From: Lama glama
Lineage: Eukaryota
Direction: 5' to 3'
Assembly (NCBI GenBank): GCA_028534125.1
Contig: CM052832.1
Coordinates: 17,052,001-17,116,000 of the forward strand
DNA: 64,000 nt
The translations under genes were made by a program, and so were the position numbers. The notes beneath the pieces were generated by a model. It did no database searches, was not told the origin of the DNA, and worked only from the letters and a program-made list of their open reading frames with translations. This document shows positions 24,822 to 38,149 of this stretch, in pieces (position 1 is the stretch's first letter; each line of letters begins with the position of its first letter).

Positions 24822-26733
24822 ATGGCGGAGGCAGGGGCCGGGCTGAGTGAGACCGTCACTGAGACAACGGTTACCGTGACAACCGAGCCCGTGAGAAAGG
24901 CGGGGGGAGGCGCTGTTTAGGGGTCGGGAGATACCGGGAGGGAAGGGATAGGGTTTTGGAGAGTTGCTGGAGGGGCTGGGCCTGGGGATATGGGAGGAGT
25001 GGGATTGGGAGAATCGCAAGGTATTGGGGATTTTCGGTGTGTCAGAGTTGGTGCAGAAGGCTGGTCCAGCGACGTGTAATAGAGTTAGAATGTAGGTGAT
25101 GCTGCTTGGAATGGTGGTGTGTATAATTAACGGAAGAACAGGAACTTGGGGATTAAGGAGCCAGGAAGATGCTGGGGGAAAATGAAGGGCTGTGTAGCAA
25201 GAAAGCATGATTGGAGGCCAGCTATAGGGGAATTTGACTGGAAGCATATTTATCAATAAATATTTGTTAAAAGGATGAATATAAAAGGAAGGGGAGGAAA
25301 TGAGGGAACAAGAAAATGGAAATGAAGATAGTATTTTGAGAAATCAGAGGAGATATAAATAGAGGGAAATGTAGCATTTTTGCAAAAACAGGCTAAGTTG
25401 CTTTCAAAGGGAGAAGTTGTATTACTGGGTTTAGTAACCCCCCTGATTAAGGGAGTTTGGAGTAATAGTTACTAGAGCTGCCAGGATACCAGGGAATAGT
25501 TGGATAAGAGGTGAGAAGGGCTGGGCTTGAGGATGAGAGAGATGAGAATGGAATTCTTTCTTCAATGGGAAAAAGAATAGGGAGAGTCTGGAAAAAAAGA
25601 AAAGGAGATCAAAGATTAGGCATTGGCGACTGAGAAAACAATGTCCATGTATTAATACCACCAAGGATGATTTGGGGAGGAAGACGGAGAAACAGCGAGG
25701 ATTATATTTTCCTTTGAAGATTTGCTGGGACCTTTCCTAGGTTAGGAATTGTGTCTTCTCTGTATACTAGTGGTTTACCAAGAACAGGAAATAATGCTTC
25801 ATGATTCCTCAAGGGAATCCCCGAGGTCAAAAACCTATTCTGTTTTATCTTCTCTCAGCACTCAGCTCCTCTGGCAACATGTCTATGATCCTGATTGAGC
25901 TGGGGAAGGGAAAAGAGGAGACCCCTGGGAGGCAGTGGGAAAGGTTAGTAGGAGGGGACTAGATGGGTATGCCCATCCTTCTTAACCTTCCAGGAGAACC
26001 GGAGCCTAACCATCAAACTTCGGAAACGGAAGCCAGAGAAGAAAGTGGAATGGACGAGTGACACTGTGGACAACGAACACATGGGGCGCCGCTCATCAAA
26101 ATGTGAGTCATTGTTGGCCCCCAGTAACCCTGGAGTTCTGGCTCCCCTCTGCATATCTTCTGCTTCTCACAGCCACTGACCTTCCCAAAGCCCCCAGATG
26201 CTCATAATCCTGTCGCTGCCTTGGTGGTTCTCTGGCATCAGGGAGAGGAGGTTAAAGTTAGAGGGAAAGATGTAGGGAGGGGCTTGAATTGGGGTGTGCC
26301 AAGGCCTGAAGCCCAGAGGTATCGGAGGTGAAAGAAGTGGAGCTTGGGATTCCTGGCAGAAAAGGACAAAGGGGTTGGGTGCCTGAGTCCCAGGGCGTGG
26401 GCCTCGGGAAGCTGGATCCTGGAAGGTAGGAGAAAAGGCTGAAATTTTTACTGAGATCCAGTGGGAATGGAAGTGACACTGTATCTTAATTCTTCCTCCT
26501 TTTTAACTGGGCTCCTCCCTCCAAATCCAGGCTGCTGTATTTATGAGAAACCTCGGGCCTTTGGCGAGAGCTCCACGGAGAGTGATGAGGAGGAAGAGGA
26601 GGGCTGTGGTCATACACACTGTGTACGGGGCCACCGCAAGGGACGGCGTCATGCAACCCCGGGACCAAGCCCCACCACCCCTCCCCAGCCTCCTGACCCC
26701 TCCCAGCCCCCTCCAGGGCCAATGCAGCACTAA
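24822..26733 (+). CDS. PPP1R11: protein phosphatase 1 regulatory inhibitor subunit 11 (inhibitor-3), 126 aa
   Basis: Exons 24822-24890 ([23 protein letters not shown]), 25994-26102 ([20 protein letters not shown]..., RVxF-type KVEW) and 26531-26733 ([11 protein letters not shown]...GPMQH*); 381 nt in frame. AATAAA at 27778-27783. Confidence 0.97.
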
Positions 26734-28593
26734 ATTCCTCTCTCCCCCACCATTCCTGTGTTTGTCTGGTCCTGAATGTATTCGTGTGGCTCCCTGGGGA
26801 CTAAACCCAGGGTTTGATACCTTCTCAAGCCCCCTCCTCCCCTCTCCTCTGCCTGATAGAAGGAAGAGGAAGAGAAGGGTGAACAGAGATCCTGGAATTC
26901 TGACTTGCTGCTATTCCAGAACCCAGACTTATGGGTTCCCCCAGCCCTCATTTCTCCTTGCAATACTCAGCATCCTCTCTCCAGGGATCCAGGCATCTTG
27001 GTCCCAGTCTCTCCCCTTTGTTCTCACTGCCAAACTGCCTGTCCTGGGATCCCGTTATCTTGCCCCCTTGCACTCTCTACTTGAGTCCCAAACACTTCAG
27101 TTGGGTTTCCAGCAGCCCCAGCTTTCACTGCCAGGGCCCTAGTCAGATTCCAGGCAATCTTGCCCCAGCTGTGCTTGTTAATCCTGGCTTAGCGCTCTTC
27201 CACTAATGTATTTATGTCACCCTAACTCATAGTCCTTGCCTGTGGGATGTGAGGTCTTACAGGAGACCTCAAGGCTCCTAGCCCTTTCCCTCCTCTTCTG
27301 CCTACTCCCCTTCTGCCCTTAAGAGGAGTTAGGAGAGAGAGAGGTCTTTGTCATTCTCACCTTTAATGGGAAATGGAAAAAGAAATAGTCATGTCCTCTC
27401 TCCTCACCCTTCTCATGTGATCTAGGGCTTCTGATGGAGCTGGCTTCAGGACTGGTCACTTAGAGCCAACTATCTCCTTAGCATTTGGTCTTCCAGCTTA
27501 GGAGACAGATCCAACATGGTCCCAGGGGCCTGGGTCCCTGGGAAAGGAAGGAAAGGGGAGGGAGCGAAGAGATGGGGGTAGGTCGTCTCCACTGCACTCT
27601 TACTCCTTCCTTCCTAGGCTTTGATGTCTCGCCAGCCCAGATGTCCAGCTCTCTGGCCCTCCCCTCCCCTTACTGGGATCTGGATGTCATTTTCCAGGCT
27701 TCTTGCCATGCAGAATTGCAGAGATCAGTCAAATCCATACCACCACTGAGATCTCATTTATTGCCACAGATGCACAAAATAAATAACCCAACATCACAAA
27801 ACGTGTTAAATATGGGCCCATTTATACATACGGGGAAAGATGTGAGGCTATATACAAGGGTGAATTTGGGGTGTCTGGGCCATTCCCAGGTTGAGGAAAG
27901 TAAGGGTAGCACCATTGGTTCCTTGTATGTGCAGGGAGGAGTTTTAAGAAGGTTCTTAATGGGGAAAGGCTGTAAGCAGGGAAAGTCGTCCAGGTGTAAT
28001 AGAACGGACCTGCCCCCACCTCCCAAAAAAGGGAGTCATAAGCTTCCTAGAGGACCTTAAGGCTGGGGCCAGTGTCCAGCCTCTTGGTTTTTGGGAGGAG
28101 GCTCTTGTTTCTCTTGAGGACAGGGCAGGGAAGCCCAAGCCTCAGAGCTGTGGAGAGGGCACTGGGCCCTTTGCCAAGAGGAGAGGCAGCAGTGGGAGGT
28201 AAATATTTGACCCGCAGGGCCTGTGTGTATTAAACATGGACCATTTACCAGTACTAACGGGGCAGGCCTGTTCCCCAATTCAGGCCTGGGATAGAGTATG
28301 GTAGAAGGGGAGGGATCCGTTGGGAAGGACTAGGGTAGCCGTGGGCGAGAAGCCTCTCGAGAGGGAGGGGGCAGGAATGGATTTGACTTTGGGCATGGAT
28401 GTGGAAACTGGAGGCCAGTTGAGGTCCTAACTATTTGGGAGAAAGGAGACCATGTAGGTGGGTGGGGGGTGCTTATCAGTTCTGCCGCAGTGGGCATGTG
28501 GACATGATCCCGGGAATGAGTAAGGATTTTTGTGTCCCAGAGGAACCAGCCTCGCTTCGGGCCAAACCGGCGTAGGGGGTGTGGGCGAGCGTC

Positions 28594-31500
28594 TCAGCCT
28601 TCCGCGGGCACGATGCGGAGCGGGGCGCGGGGGTCGCAGGTGCACAGCAGCGGGAAGACGCGCTCCCCCAGGGGGCCGGGCGCCTGGAAGGCGAAGAGCA
28701 AGTCGAGGGAGCGGCCGTCGTAGAAGGCCACGCGGCCCCGCTCCCAGTCCAAGTCCACGCGAATGCGCCGCGGCGGGGGCCCGGCGCCGCCCAGCGGGGT
28801 GGGCTCCGGGGCCGTGAGCGCCCACAGGCGCCCGCCGCGGCCCTCCACGGCCCACACGGCCCCCGCGGGGCACAGCCCTACTCGGCCCTTGCGTCGCACC
28901 GACTCGCCGGCCGCGCCCACGGCATAGCGGCTCTCCCCGTCGTCCTCGTCCTCCCCGGAAGAGTCTCCGCAGGAGGCGGCGTCGGCGGTCTCCACCTCCC
29001 AGCAGTGGCGGCCCGCCCCGAAGCCCTGCGCGCCCAGCACCGCCGGGAGCTGATCGAAGCGCGCCGGGCTGTCAGGAGGAGCAGGCGTCCCTGGCGGGGC
29101 CAGTCGGACACCGCGGCGGTCCGCGGAGACGAGCAGGCGCCGGTGTGCGGTGCTAGGGTCCAGGGTGAGGTCGGCTGGAGAGGGGAAGGCAGGGGAAGAC
29201 CGTGTGAGAGGCGGGACAGGATGGAGAGTACTCTGTGGAGGGCATGGAAGAAGCCTAGACAGCTCAAAAGGCGACTGTAGGACCAAAGACGGTGAAGGCA
29301 TATGAAGAGCAGACCCAGGCAAGACCAAACCTGCGCTGATGGGCCACTTCCTTCTAGAGAATTGGACTTGAAGAAGGACCCTGCTGGCCCAGAGCAGGGA
29401 GCGCAGAGCAGAGATCAAAGGGCAGGGGGAGGGGGGGTTGCCTGGTTTGTAGGGATAGGGGAAGAGTGAGGCTGATCTGACTTCTGGGGAGGAGTGAGGA
29501 CTGATACCTCAATCTGCAGCGTCTGGGGTGGGGCATGAGAGCTGTGTCAACTGGATAGGGAAGGTGGATGTAAAGAGGAAGACTGATACCAGATACCAGC
29601 ACCCCAAGTAATAGAGGGAAGGGCCAGAGTAAGGAATCCAAAGCATCCTGAGAAACCAGCCCACCACCCACAGGAATAGGTGGGAGTAGACAGGCCTATT
29701 TCTATAGGGAGGGAGGAGCAAAGGAGGAGAGAGCAGACGGTGACAGCCAAAGGAACCAGAAAGAAATAACCATTGGCCTTGTCCGTAAGGGGTGCTTTGA
29801 GGAAAGATGTCTAGATTAGGGGTGCTAGAAGCAATCTGGGGTTAGTAGGATGGTGAGTGACCAAAAGGATGGAGCACCTTCTCTAGGCAGTTTAAAGAAG
29901 GGCAGAGGGCAATCTTGGGAGTGATTGAAGTCCCCAAAAGCTGCAGAGAAGGCCCAGAGCCCCAGGGGCAAGGAGATGCAGGAGTCCTGGGACGCTTCTG
30001 GAAAGGAGGATGAGAAGTGGTAGAAGCAGAGATTCCCCAGAAGCAGCCGCCCTCCAGGGGCCTGTTGTGTGACTGTATGAATAAAAAGGGAGAAAGTCTG
30101 AACTACGAAGTTTTAAGGACCTTAAGACCTTGTTGTGGGCTGAATTGTGTTCTCTCGCCAAAATATGAAATCCCCCAATACCTCAGAATTTGACTATTTA
30201 GAAATAGAATCTTTACAGAGTTAATCAGGTTTAAATGAGGTCATTAGACACGTGAAGTGAAGGAGAAGATGCAGGGAAAATGCAATCTCCAGGCCAAGGA
30301 ATGCCTCAGCCTACCAGAAGCTAAGAGAGGGTCCTGGAACAGACTCTCCCTCTCAGCCCCTGGAAGGAACCAACACTGCCCACACCTTGACTTCTACCTC
30401 CTGATCTGTGAGACAATACATTTCTGTTGTTCAAGCCACTTTGTGTGTGATGCTTTGTTATGGCAGCCTTAGGAAACTAATGGAGACATCATAAAGGATG
30501 TGGTCATATTGAGAGAGAAAAGAGAACAAACAAACAAACCAGACTTTCATTCAGTTCCCTCCCTTCTGCCCTCCTTACCCGTCAGTCTATGAAGCATGTT
30601 TTTGACCACGGGATAATCTTCAGGGAGATCATCCTCTGAGTTAGATGACTTGGGCGTTGGGGCATCAAATCTGGAGAGAGGAGGGAGAAGGGGCAGGAAA
30701 TTGGTAGACACCTGCCCCCTGATGCCCCCACCCCTACCCTACTCATATCTCTGGAGCAGAAAAGGGTGAAGCTACACCCTGAAAACGTGTCTTTGAGTGG
30801 GGATGGAGATGTGGGACCTGGGAGAAGGTGATGGATGTGGCAGCTGGTACTAGAAAAGAAGAAACAGTAAACATGGACTCACCTTCTCCACGTCTTCCTA
30901 TTATCCTGCAGTGGGCAGAAGAAAACACGGAAGTGAGCTCTGGGCTTCAGACTGTGGGGAGCCCTCTCCCTCCACCCCCTCCTCAGGTAGCTGGGTCTGA
31001 GTTGGTGAGGTCCCTCCCCACCTCCGAGTGATCTCACCCTTTATCCCCTGTGGTCCCTTTTCCTTTCATTCTCCCCCTTTGCCTTTCCTGAGCCTTCCTT
31101 CCCTCCTTCACCACTTTCCCATCTGTCTAACTCCACCCCCTATCATCCTCCTCCCCTTCCTAATACCCCAAAGCCTCTCAGTTCCCCATCCCCCAGAGTC
31201 CTTACCTGTCTTTGCTTCCTGCCCTCCTCCCTTCTCTGTCCCTGTGTTTCCAATCCTATCCACCTTCCTGAGGGTGTATCCCGGATAAGCATCCCCCTCC
31301 CTCTCAATCACACAGACCAAACACATACCCAGAGCCCCTGAGCTAAGAGTTCACATATAAAAGCCTTATAATAACGCTGCTTCACCTCTTGCCATAAAAG
31401 CGCAGTGGCATTTATTGGTCCCTTTGTTCTGTATCTCTCTTCCCTGACCAAGGAGGCCCCTGGACTTTGATGTGTCCCAGAGGGCCCAACAGATCTGCAG

Positions 31501-32972
31501 GGTACTACGGGAGCCAGGAGAGGGCGCTGGATACTCCCCCTCCAGATACTAGGATTCCCTCTTTCCCCTTCACTGTCCAGTGGGGATGGTAGGGGCAGAC
31601 CAGTACCATGGTGAAGAAGAGGGGAAAGGCAATTCGCCTAATTATGCCAATTACACCTAGACTAATTAGGTATATGTAGACTTCAAAGAGTGGAAGCAAG
31701 ACCCAAGACCGGCTCTGCTGCTGGGGAGAAGCCAGTCGGGAATCCGGGACGCCTGGGGGTCGGGCAAGGGAATGGGGTTGGTTGGTGGCCAAGGAGTCAG
31801 GGCCCAGGAGGGACGCTGGGGGATGGGTGAGTGGGTGATAAGGGTGGATGTAGAGAGGAGCCGGAGGTCCCCACGGCTGTTCTCCGGTGCCTTGCCTCCA
31901 CTCATCGCTGCCTCTGCCTGGGGCCCTGGGAGGAGCGGAGGACAACGATAACAAACACAGAGCAAGGCTTAGGCCAGAGCCCCAGGGACCTACCCTACGA
32001 CGCTACAGGGGCATTTGGATCTGCTCCCTCCTCCCTTCTCCCCTCCTTTTAACAGCCCCCTGCTTCTCTCCCCTCCACTCCAGCTTTTCCTCCGACCTCC
32101 TTCCTGTTCCTCCTTCCCTTGGCTAGTTCTGAACTCCCTTACCACCCCAGCCCCCAGCTCGCTTCCGCCCCCGTCAGCTTCCTCCCTCCACTGACCCCCC
32201 CCCCGTCCCATCCCCACAGCCTGCTCCCTCCCCTCCGCCAGGTCTCCTCCTCCTAGGTGCCTAGCGGCGTCCCTCATCAGCCTCCCAGTTCCCGCGTTCT
32301 TCGCAAAGCCTCAGGGGTCTCCTCAAGTTCTTGTCTAGTGCCCCCAACGCCTTCTCTCCAGCCCCTCTGATGAGGCTCAGGCATCCGTCCAGCCGCCTTC
32401 CCTCTGGGCAAAGTGTCAACTCCGTCCCGTCGTTCTTCCTGGCACCTCTCACTTGACAGCTGCTGGTCGTTTGCTTTTCTCCATCTTTTGCCTAAACTTC
32501 CAGAAGGGCCTCGGCTCGGGAAGTACCATTCCCCGCTTCCCCAGGGAGCCACGGATCGCCCCGTACAGCGACAGCAGCGGACTCGCGAAGCGCAGCCCTG
32601 CCTCACCTCTCCGTGCGGGTCCAGGCAGCCCATGGTGGGGATGCGGCCCCCTCGGCGTTTGCCCGTGCGGGCCCCGGGCTCGGCCAGCTTCTCGCACAGC
32701 CCGCGGCTGATGCGCACCTCCACCGCCAGCCGCACGTTCGACCTCAGGCTGCGGCGGGGGCACGGCAGGCCGCAGCACGGGCAGGCGGTGGGGGACGCCT
32801 CGGGGCCGGTCGCCGGCGGGGTCCCCCAGCAGCGGGCCAGGCACGCGCGGCAGAAGCTGTGCTCACACGCCAGGAGCACTGGGTCCTCGAAGGGGCCCCC
32901 GCACAGCGGGCACGTCGCCAGCTGCTCCAGACGCTCCACCAGCCCCGGGCCCAGCAGCTCCGGCGCCTCCAT
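28594..32972 (-). CDS. RNF39: RING finger protein 39 (RING + B30.2/SPRY), about 353 aa
   Basis: Minus-strand exons 32972-32607 (MEAPELLGPGLVERLEQLATCPLC... RING), 30905-30883 (DNRKTWRR), 30670-30579 (FDAPTPKSSNSEDDLPEDYPVVKNMLHRLT) and 29174-28594 (ADLTLDP... SPRY ...PLRIVPAEG*); 1062 nt in frame. Minus-strand AATAAA at 27762-27757. Confidence 0.96.
30131..30482 (+). mobile_element. MaLR LTR (MLT1B/C-like) in RNF39 intron 3
   Basis: Starts tgttgtgggctgaattgtg and ends ctttgttatggcagccttaggaaactaat; internal ctctccctctcagcccctggaaggaaccaacactgcc. Confidence 0.8.
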
Positions 32973-34696
32973 GGGGAGCCAGCGTCTGGGCGCCGTCCCT
33001 TCCGCGACCACCGCGACCGCCTTCGGGTATGCAGATGGCTGAGCGCCTGTGCCGCTGGTTGCGTCGATGCCCCTCTCTCCGACTCCCGCATTAACTTTCC
33101 GACGCTCTTCTACCTTTCTGCTGGGATCGCCCCTCTCTTCAACCAGTCTGTCTCCGCCAATCTCCCCACTACGTCAGGCTTTATAGGGAGGAGGAGGCCC
33201 CTGCGGGAGGTAAACATCAGGCCTTGCGTAACACCCCATCTGGTTCTCCTGCTTCCCGGGTAAGGTTTGGGGGAGGAGGGTGGGAGGCAGGGACACCTAG
33301 GTCTCGAGCCGAGGAGGAGGTCGCTAGGGGACGCTATGGGGGCAAGGGAGCAATGTGTGCAGTGGCGGCCCCTGTAACCCCCAGGAGGAGCCCGAATCTC
33401 ACCTCCCCCTCGGCCTGTGGTGGACGGATGGGCAGAGTGCCCAGGCTCGCTTTTGGCATGTGTGCCCACATCGCCAGGGTATGAGTCATTCCAGGTGGCT
33501 GGCACACCTACATCTGGGGGCTTGGGGCCCCGGAAACGCAGATTCTGATTTGTGTGGCTTTGGCAGGCCTCTGAGCGTTGGTGTGTGGCTGTCATTCCCG
33601 GCCTCTCTTCGTTCCATCTTCCTGCCTTACCTATTAAGGGCTTAAGGACACTGAAGCTTTGGGATAAGGGGTGGGGAGCAGGCGCCCACACTCCCTCCTC
33701 AAGGAGTCAGGGTAGGGCTCTCTCAGCTCTACCCTGGGCTGGTGCCCAGGGCCTCTCTTGTTACTTTCTTCCTATGTCTCTCTATCTAGTTGTTTCTCTC
33801 TCTCCCTCTCTCTCTCTTTTCCTGTATATGTTTTGATTTCCACTCTTCTCTTTCTCTCCTTCTTTGGAATGTACCTAAAGGTTATCTGTTTTCACTCTTT
33901 CGGTCACCTGAGGCCCAGAGAGCTGGCATTGCCAAGGTCATGCAGCAGAGAAATGACCTGAAGTGGAACCATACTCAGATCTGATTTATGTCCTTGCTGT
34001 GACTCCACTCTGCCTCTTTTTAATTTCCAATCCCTGAAACTCCCTTCTGCTTTCTGATTGTTCTCAGATCTTTCCTCATTCCCTCTTCCCTCACCTCTCC
34101 TCTTCCCTCTTCTCATCCCTTCCTCCCTGCTCCCTCCTCTTCCCAGTTCCTCCACCTTTCTCATGCCAGGCCTTTCTGTCTGGACACCCCTGGGGGGTTG
34201 TGAATCAGTAAACATTCAGATATCTACAACTATGATCACACACAATATTGTACAAACATACGTGTGCATCCCTCAATGTCCAAAAGCCCCAAAGTACACA
34301 GACTTATAGGCATGCAGACATCACAGATACCTGAATAGTCTCATATCTCTGGGACAGACACCCAGGATTATTTGGGGACAGATAGACATACTCAAAGAAA
34401 AACATGCAAAGAGACACTGTCATTAGTTTTATTGTCAACGAGAACAACAACACAACAGCAGTAAGTCTTTATGGGGCAACAGCACGTTATTAGGCACCCC
34501 CTGCAGGCATCCTTCTCCCCCTCTACAATCAGGGAGCCACTCAAATATGACACTCTGATAAACAAACTTCGCAAATAAATATGTGTACACTCTTCTTGGA
34601 GCAAACCTCCCAGCTCCACATTTATAAAACTCACAGCCACCCAAACAAGACTACAGATATGACCAAAATCTGTTTTGTAAAATGGACTTCCAAGTT

Positions 34697-35187
34697 ATGG
34701 TTAAGTCAAATAATGGTCTCCCAGAGATGTCCATGTCCTAATTCCTGGAACCTGTGAATGTGTTACCTTACGTGGTAAAGGGGAATTAAGCTTGCAGATG
34801 GAATTAAGATGGTTAATCAGTTGAGTTTAAAGTAGGGAGGTTATTCTAGATTATCCAAGGGTCCTGAAATGTGGAGGACAGATGCAGAAGAGGACAACCA
34901 GAGAGAGAGAGAAGCAATGAGAAGCCCTCAGCCTGACATTGCTGGCTTTGAAGACTGAGGAAGAGGGGCCATGAGCAAAGGAGGTGGCAGTCTCTAGAAG
35001 CTGGAGAAGACAAGGAGATGGATTCAAGATGGAACCTAGCTCCACCGACACCTTGATTTTACCCTTGTAAGACCCAGTTCAGACTTCTGAACTGCAGAAC
35101 TGTAAGATAATAAATGTGTGTTATTTCAAACATTTCAAACAAAAGTTTGTGATAATCTGTTACAGCAGAAAATAAGAAACTAATATA
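34697..35187 (+). mobile_element. MaLR LTR (MLT1D-like)
   Basis: aataatggtctcccagagatgtccatgtcctaattcctggaacctgtgaat...ctgcagaactgtaagataataaat...gttacagcagaaaataagaaactaata. Confidence 0.8.
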
Positions 35188-35499
35188 CATGCTTTCCCTT
35201 TCTCCTTGTCTCTGGCCTTTTGGGACTGTCTGCACTTTTCTGTTTTTGCTTCTTTCAGTTGGTAGCATTTTTTGGATTTCCCTGCCTCTTTAGGCCTTCT
35301 TGTCTGTCCTCTTCTATTTCTCTCTCTCTCTCTCTTCTTTTTTTTTTTTTTTTTTGATTGCTTCATTTTCTCAGCTTCAAGGCCTCTTGGACATTGGACT
35401 CTTCCTGGATCTGAGCCCGGAATGTCAGAGAAATGCCTCTGAGTCTCTTCACCAACTATCACCAACCCAAGTGCCTTTCTGTAACTCTCAAGTTCTTGC

Positions 35500-35675
35500 T
35501 GGTGGTTCGCATCCTTGGTAGAACTTTAAAATCATCAGGGGGAACTTTTAAATTCCTAATGCCCAGGAGTCACCCCAGATCAACTAAACAGACTCTCTGG
35601 GGTTGGGTTCCAGGAATCAGGAATTTTAAAAGCTCTCCAGGTGATTCCAATGTTTAGCCAAGGGGGGACCCACTA
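35500..35675. mobile_element. MER5A-like hAT non-autonomous DNA transposon
   Basis: aatcatcagggggaacttttaaa...atgcccagg...ttttaaaagctctccaggtgattccaatgtttagccaagg, quasi-palindromic. Confidence 0.7.
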
Positions 35676-38149
35676 TCTTATATGATGAGGCTGTAGGTGG
35701 ACCTGTCCCTCCCCGTTTCACTCCTTATGCTCCGCCTGGTACCTTGTATTTCCTATGCCTTGATCATGACAAAGTTGACCGCACTGCCAAACCTTTGCCC
35801 TCACTGTTCCTTCTGCTCAGCCCCTCCTTCTTCTAGAGATTTCCATGGCTGTCCCTACCTTCTCATTCAGGTCTCAATTCAGAGGCAACATATTCAGAGA
35901 GGACTTCTTTCACCATTGTATCTCAAGTAGTTTTCCTCAAAGGCACTATCTCTTTACTTAGATTTATTGACTCATGATATTTTGAACTATCTGAAATGAT
36001 CTAATTATCTGGTTTGATCTGTTTCTATCCAATAGAAGGTAGCTTTGTAGGAACAGGAAGCTAGCCTTTGTGTTCACCACGGCTTCCCCTGAACCTGGAA
36101 GAGCATCTGGCACACAGAGGGTCTCAATAAATATATACCCAGTCATTGAATTGCCCATCAGCAAGAGGGAAAAGCAAAAGGGTCTTTTGACTGACTCTGC
36201 TTAGGTCTTCTAAATGCCGGACAAAGATGTTATCTTTCTCAACAGTCATTCCTCACTGGCAGACGTCAGGCACAGCGCTGGGGGATGCTCATGTGATATG
36301 AGACATGGCGTTCAGTTTGGCTCAAGGAGCTCATGATCTAGTTATCACTTGCCTTCTGTAACCAGATGGTGAGGATTCCTGCTAACAATGCTTTAGCTCA
36401 GCTTTTAAGCTGTGGTTACCATGAGTTCACACTTAATGATTCTAGGACATACAGTGCAGGGAAAAGGCATTTGGAGACCAACACTGCCAGGAAGTGTCTC
36501 ACTTCTCAAGACTTTTTCCCTCCATCTCCAGAATCCCTAACAACTCTACACTTGATCCTCTAATTCCCCCTTAGGTTTATTCTAGCTCCAGAGAGCCAGA
36601 TGGGTGGAGGTGATTTTTGGTGTGTGTTGGCTTGGCTTGCTCCGGTTGACCATGACTGGACCCTGCCTCTCTGTTTGCACCGTATCTTCCCACTCCTTCC
36701 AACTCCATCCAGGATGTCTGCCTGCGATGTTGTGGAATGTCATAGCCAGATACCCATGCGTGACATTAGGGATGCTGGGTGGAAAGGCCTTACCCATCCC
36801 TTCATTTCTTTTGCTTCTCTTCCATTTTCCCCCCTCTCTTTTTGTTTATTCTTTAGTCTATCTCCCCTCCACATCAGTAACATCCCCATCCTTTTAGAGT
36901 CTGCAAGTCTTTAGGAGCCTTGGAGGGGGAGAGGTAGGTATGCAAATGTGTTTGGGAGACTGAAGACAAGACAGTCATGGTCTCTGCCCTTAGGAAGTAT
37001 GATAAGGCAGGTCAAGTACATCCGTCATCAACCAAATCTGCCGTTACTGAATCAGGGAGTGTGATAAGGCAAATAAGGTATATCCGTCATCAGCTGAGAT
37101 CTGTCATTACCAAATTGTAAAAGTGCATTGAGGGAAGAAGAGTGAGTTGAAGATTATGTTTACAGAATGGAGGATGAGTGGAAATGATTTCAGGAAGGCT
37201 TCCTGGAGGAGGTGGCTTGTAAATGAAAGGTGGCTTGGGTTGAGTGGGAAAGAAATGAAAAAGCCTGAACAAAGAATATGAAGCATCTTTGGGGAAAAAA
37301 CTGGAAGTGGGAAAAGGGGCCCAGGAGGTAAGAAGCACAGATGAAGGAGACCACAGTTCTATCTCAGTTCCCACCTACCATGCCACTTCCCAAAGATCTT
37401 CTTCAATCTTGATTGCTTCTATAAAGAGTTGTTTTTTTAAAAAAGACTCTGCTGTTTATAATGTGCCTTAACATACCAGAATGTCCTATTACAGCATGGC
37501 ATCTTTCCTATTCCATGGCTCCAAGAACTCTGGGTAAAACATCCCCTGGTGTGCAGGGCAGCCTCAGGAAGTGTGAACTTGATGTTGAGATAGAGGACGA
37601 AGATTCAGTCAGATTAACCAAACAATCCTGAAGCTCCAAAAACGTGACCAAGGTTATAGGACTGTCACCCTCAGCCTGGTCTCTTGTTTAACCCTGTAAC
37701 AGCTGTGGGGTTCAGAGTCCAGCCATTTTACAAGAGGACTCTGGGATTCCAGCATGGTAGGGAATTTGCCTGGGTTCAAATAACTGGTTAGAGGCAGAAC
37801 TAGGGCTGAAATTCAGATCTACTGCCTCCAAATTCTGTGCTCTTTCCCTAAAACATTACTTCCTTTCTTCTGAGACTTTATTTTCTCTTCTATGTCCCTC
37901 CTGGAAGCCTCCTTTGCCCCTTCTTCCTTAAAATCCCTGCTTAAGGCTAATAGTTTCTCTGAGATGTTGCCCCTCCTTCAAGTTTATTCTGGATGCTCAT
38001 TTATTCTTTTTCCTTCTGACAGCCCCCCATCAATGTCACTGACATTTCTTTATCCATCTTTTAAATTCCCCCTTAAACATTCACTAATCGTTCTTCTCTT
38101 CTCAGTGTTCCCTAGACCTTCTTGTTTCCCAGTCCTTTAGCAGTGTTCC

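Noticed and set aside
26543..28060. 199-aa and 191-aa plus-strand ORFs in the PPP1R11 last exon and 3' UTR
   Set aside because: Non-ATG starts, no recognisable domain, and they lie in UTR or an alternative frame.
28427..29280. Alternative-frame and antisense ORFs over RNF39 exon 4 (and 32413-33263 over exon 1)
   Set aside because: Stop-poor shadows of very GC-rich coding exons, with low-complexity Arg/Pro/Gly products.
37477..37545. RGC...CCNRTFC resemblance to the Ly6/uPAR CCxxxxCN motif
   Set aside because: The terminal Asn and most of the other LU-domain cysteines are missing, so no family call is justified.
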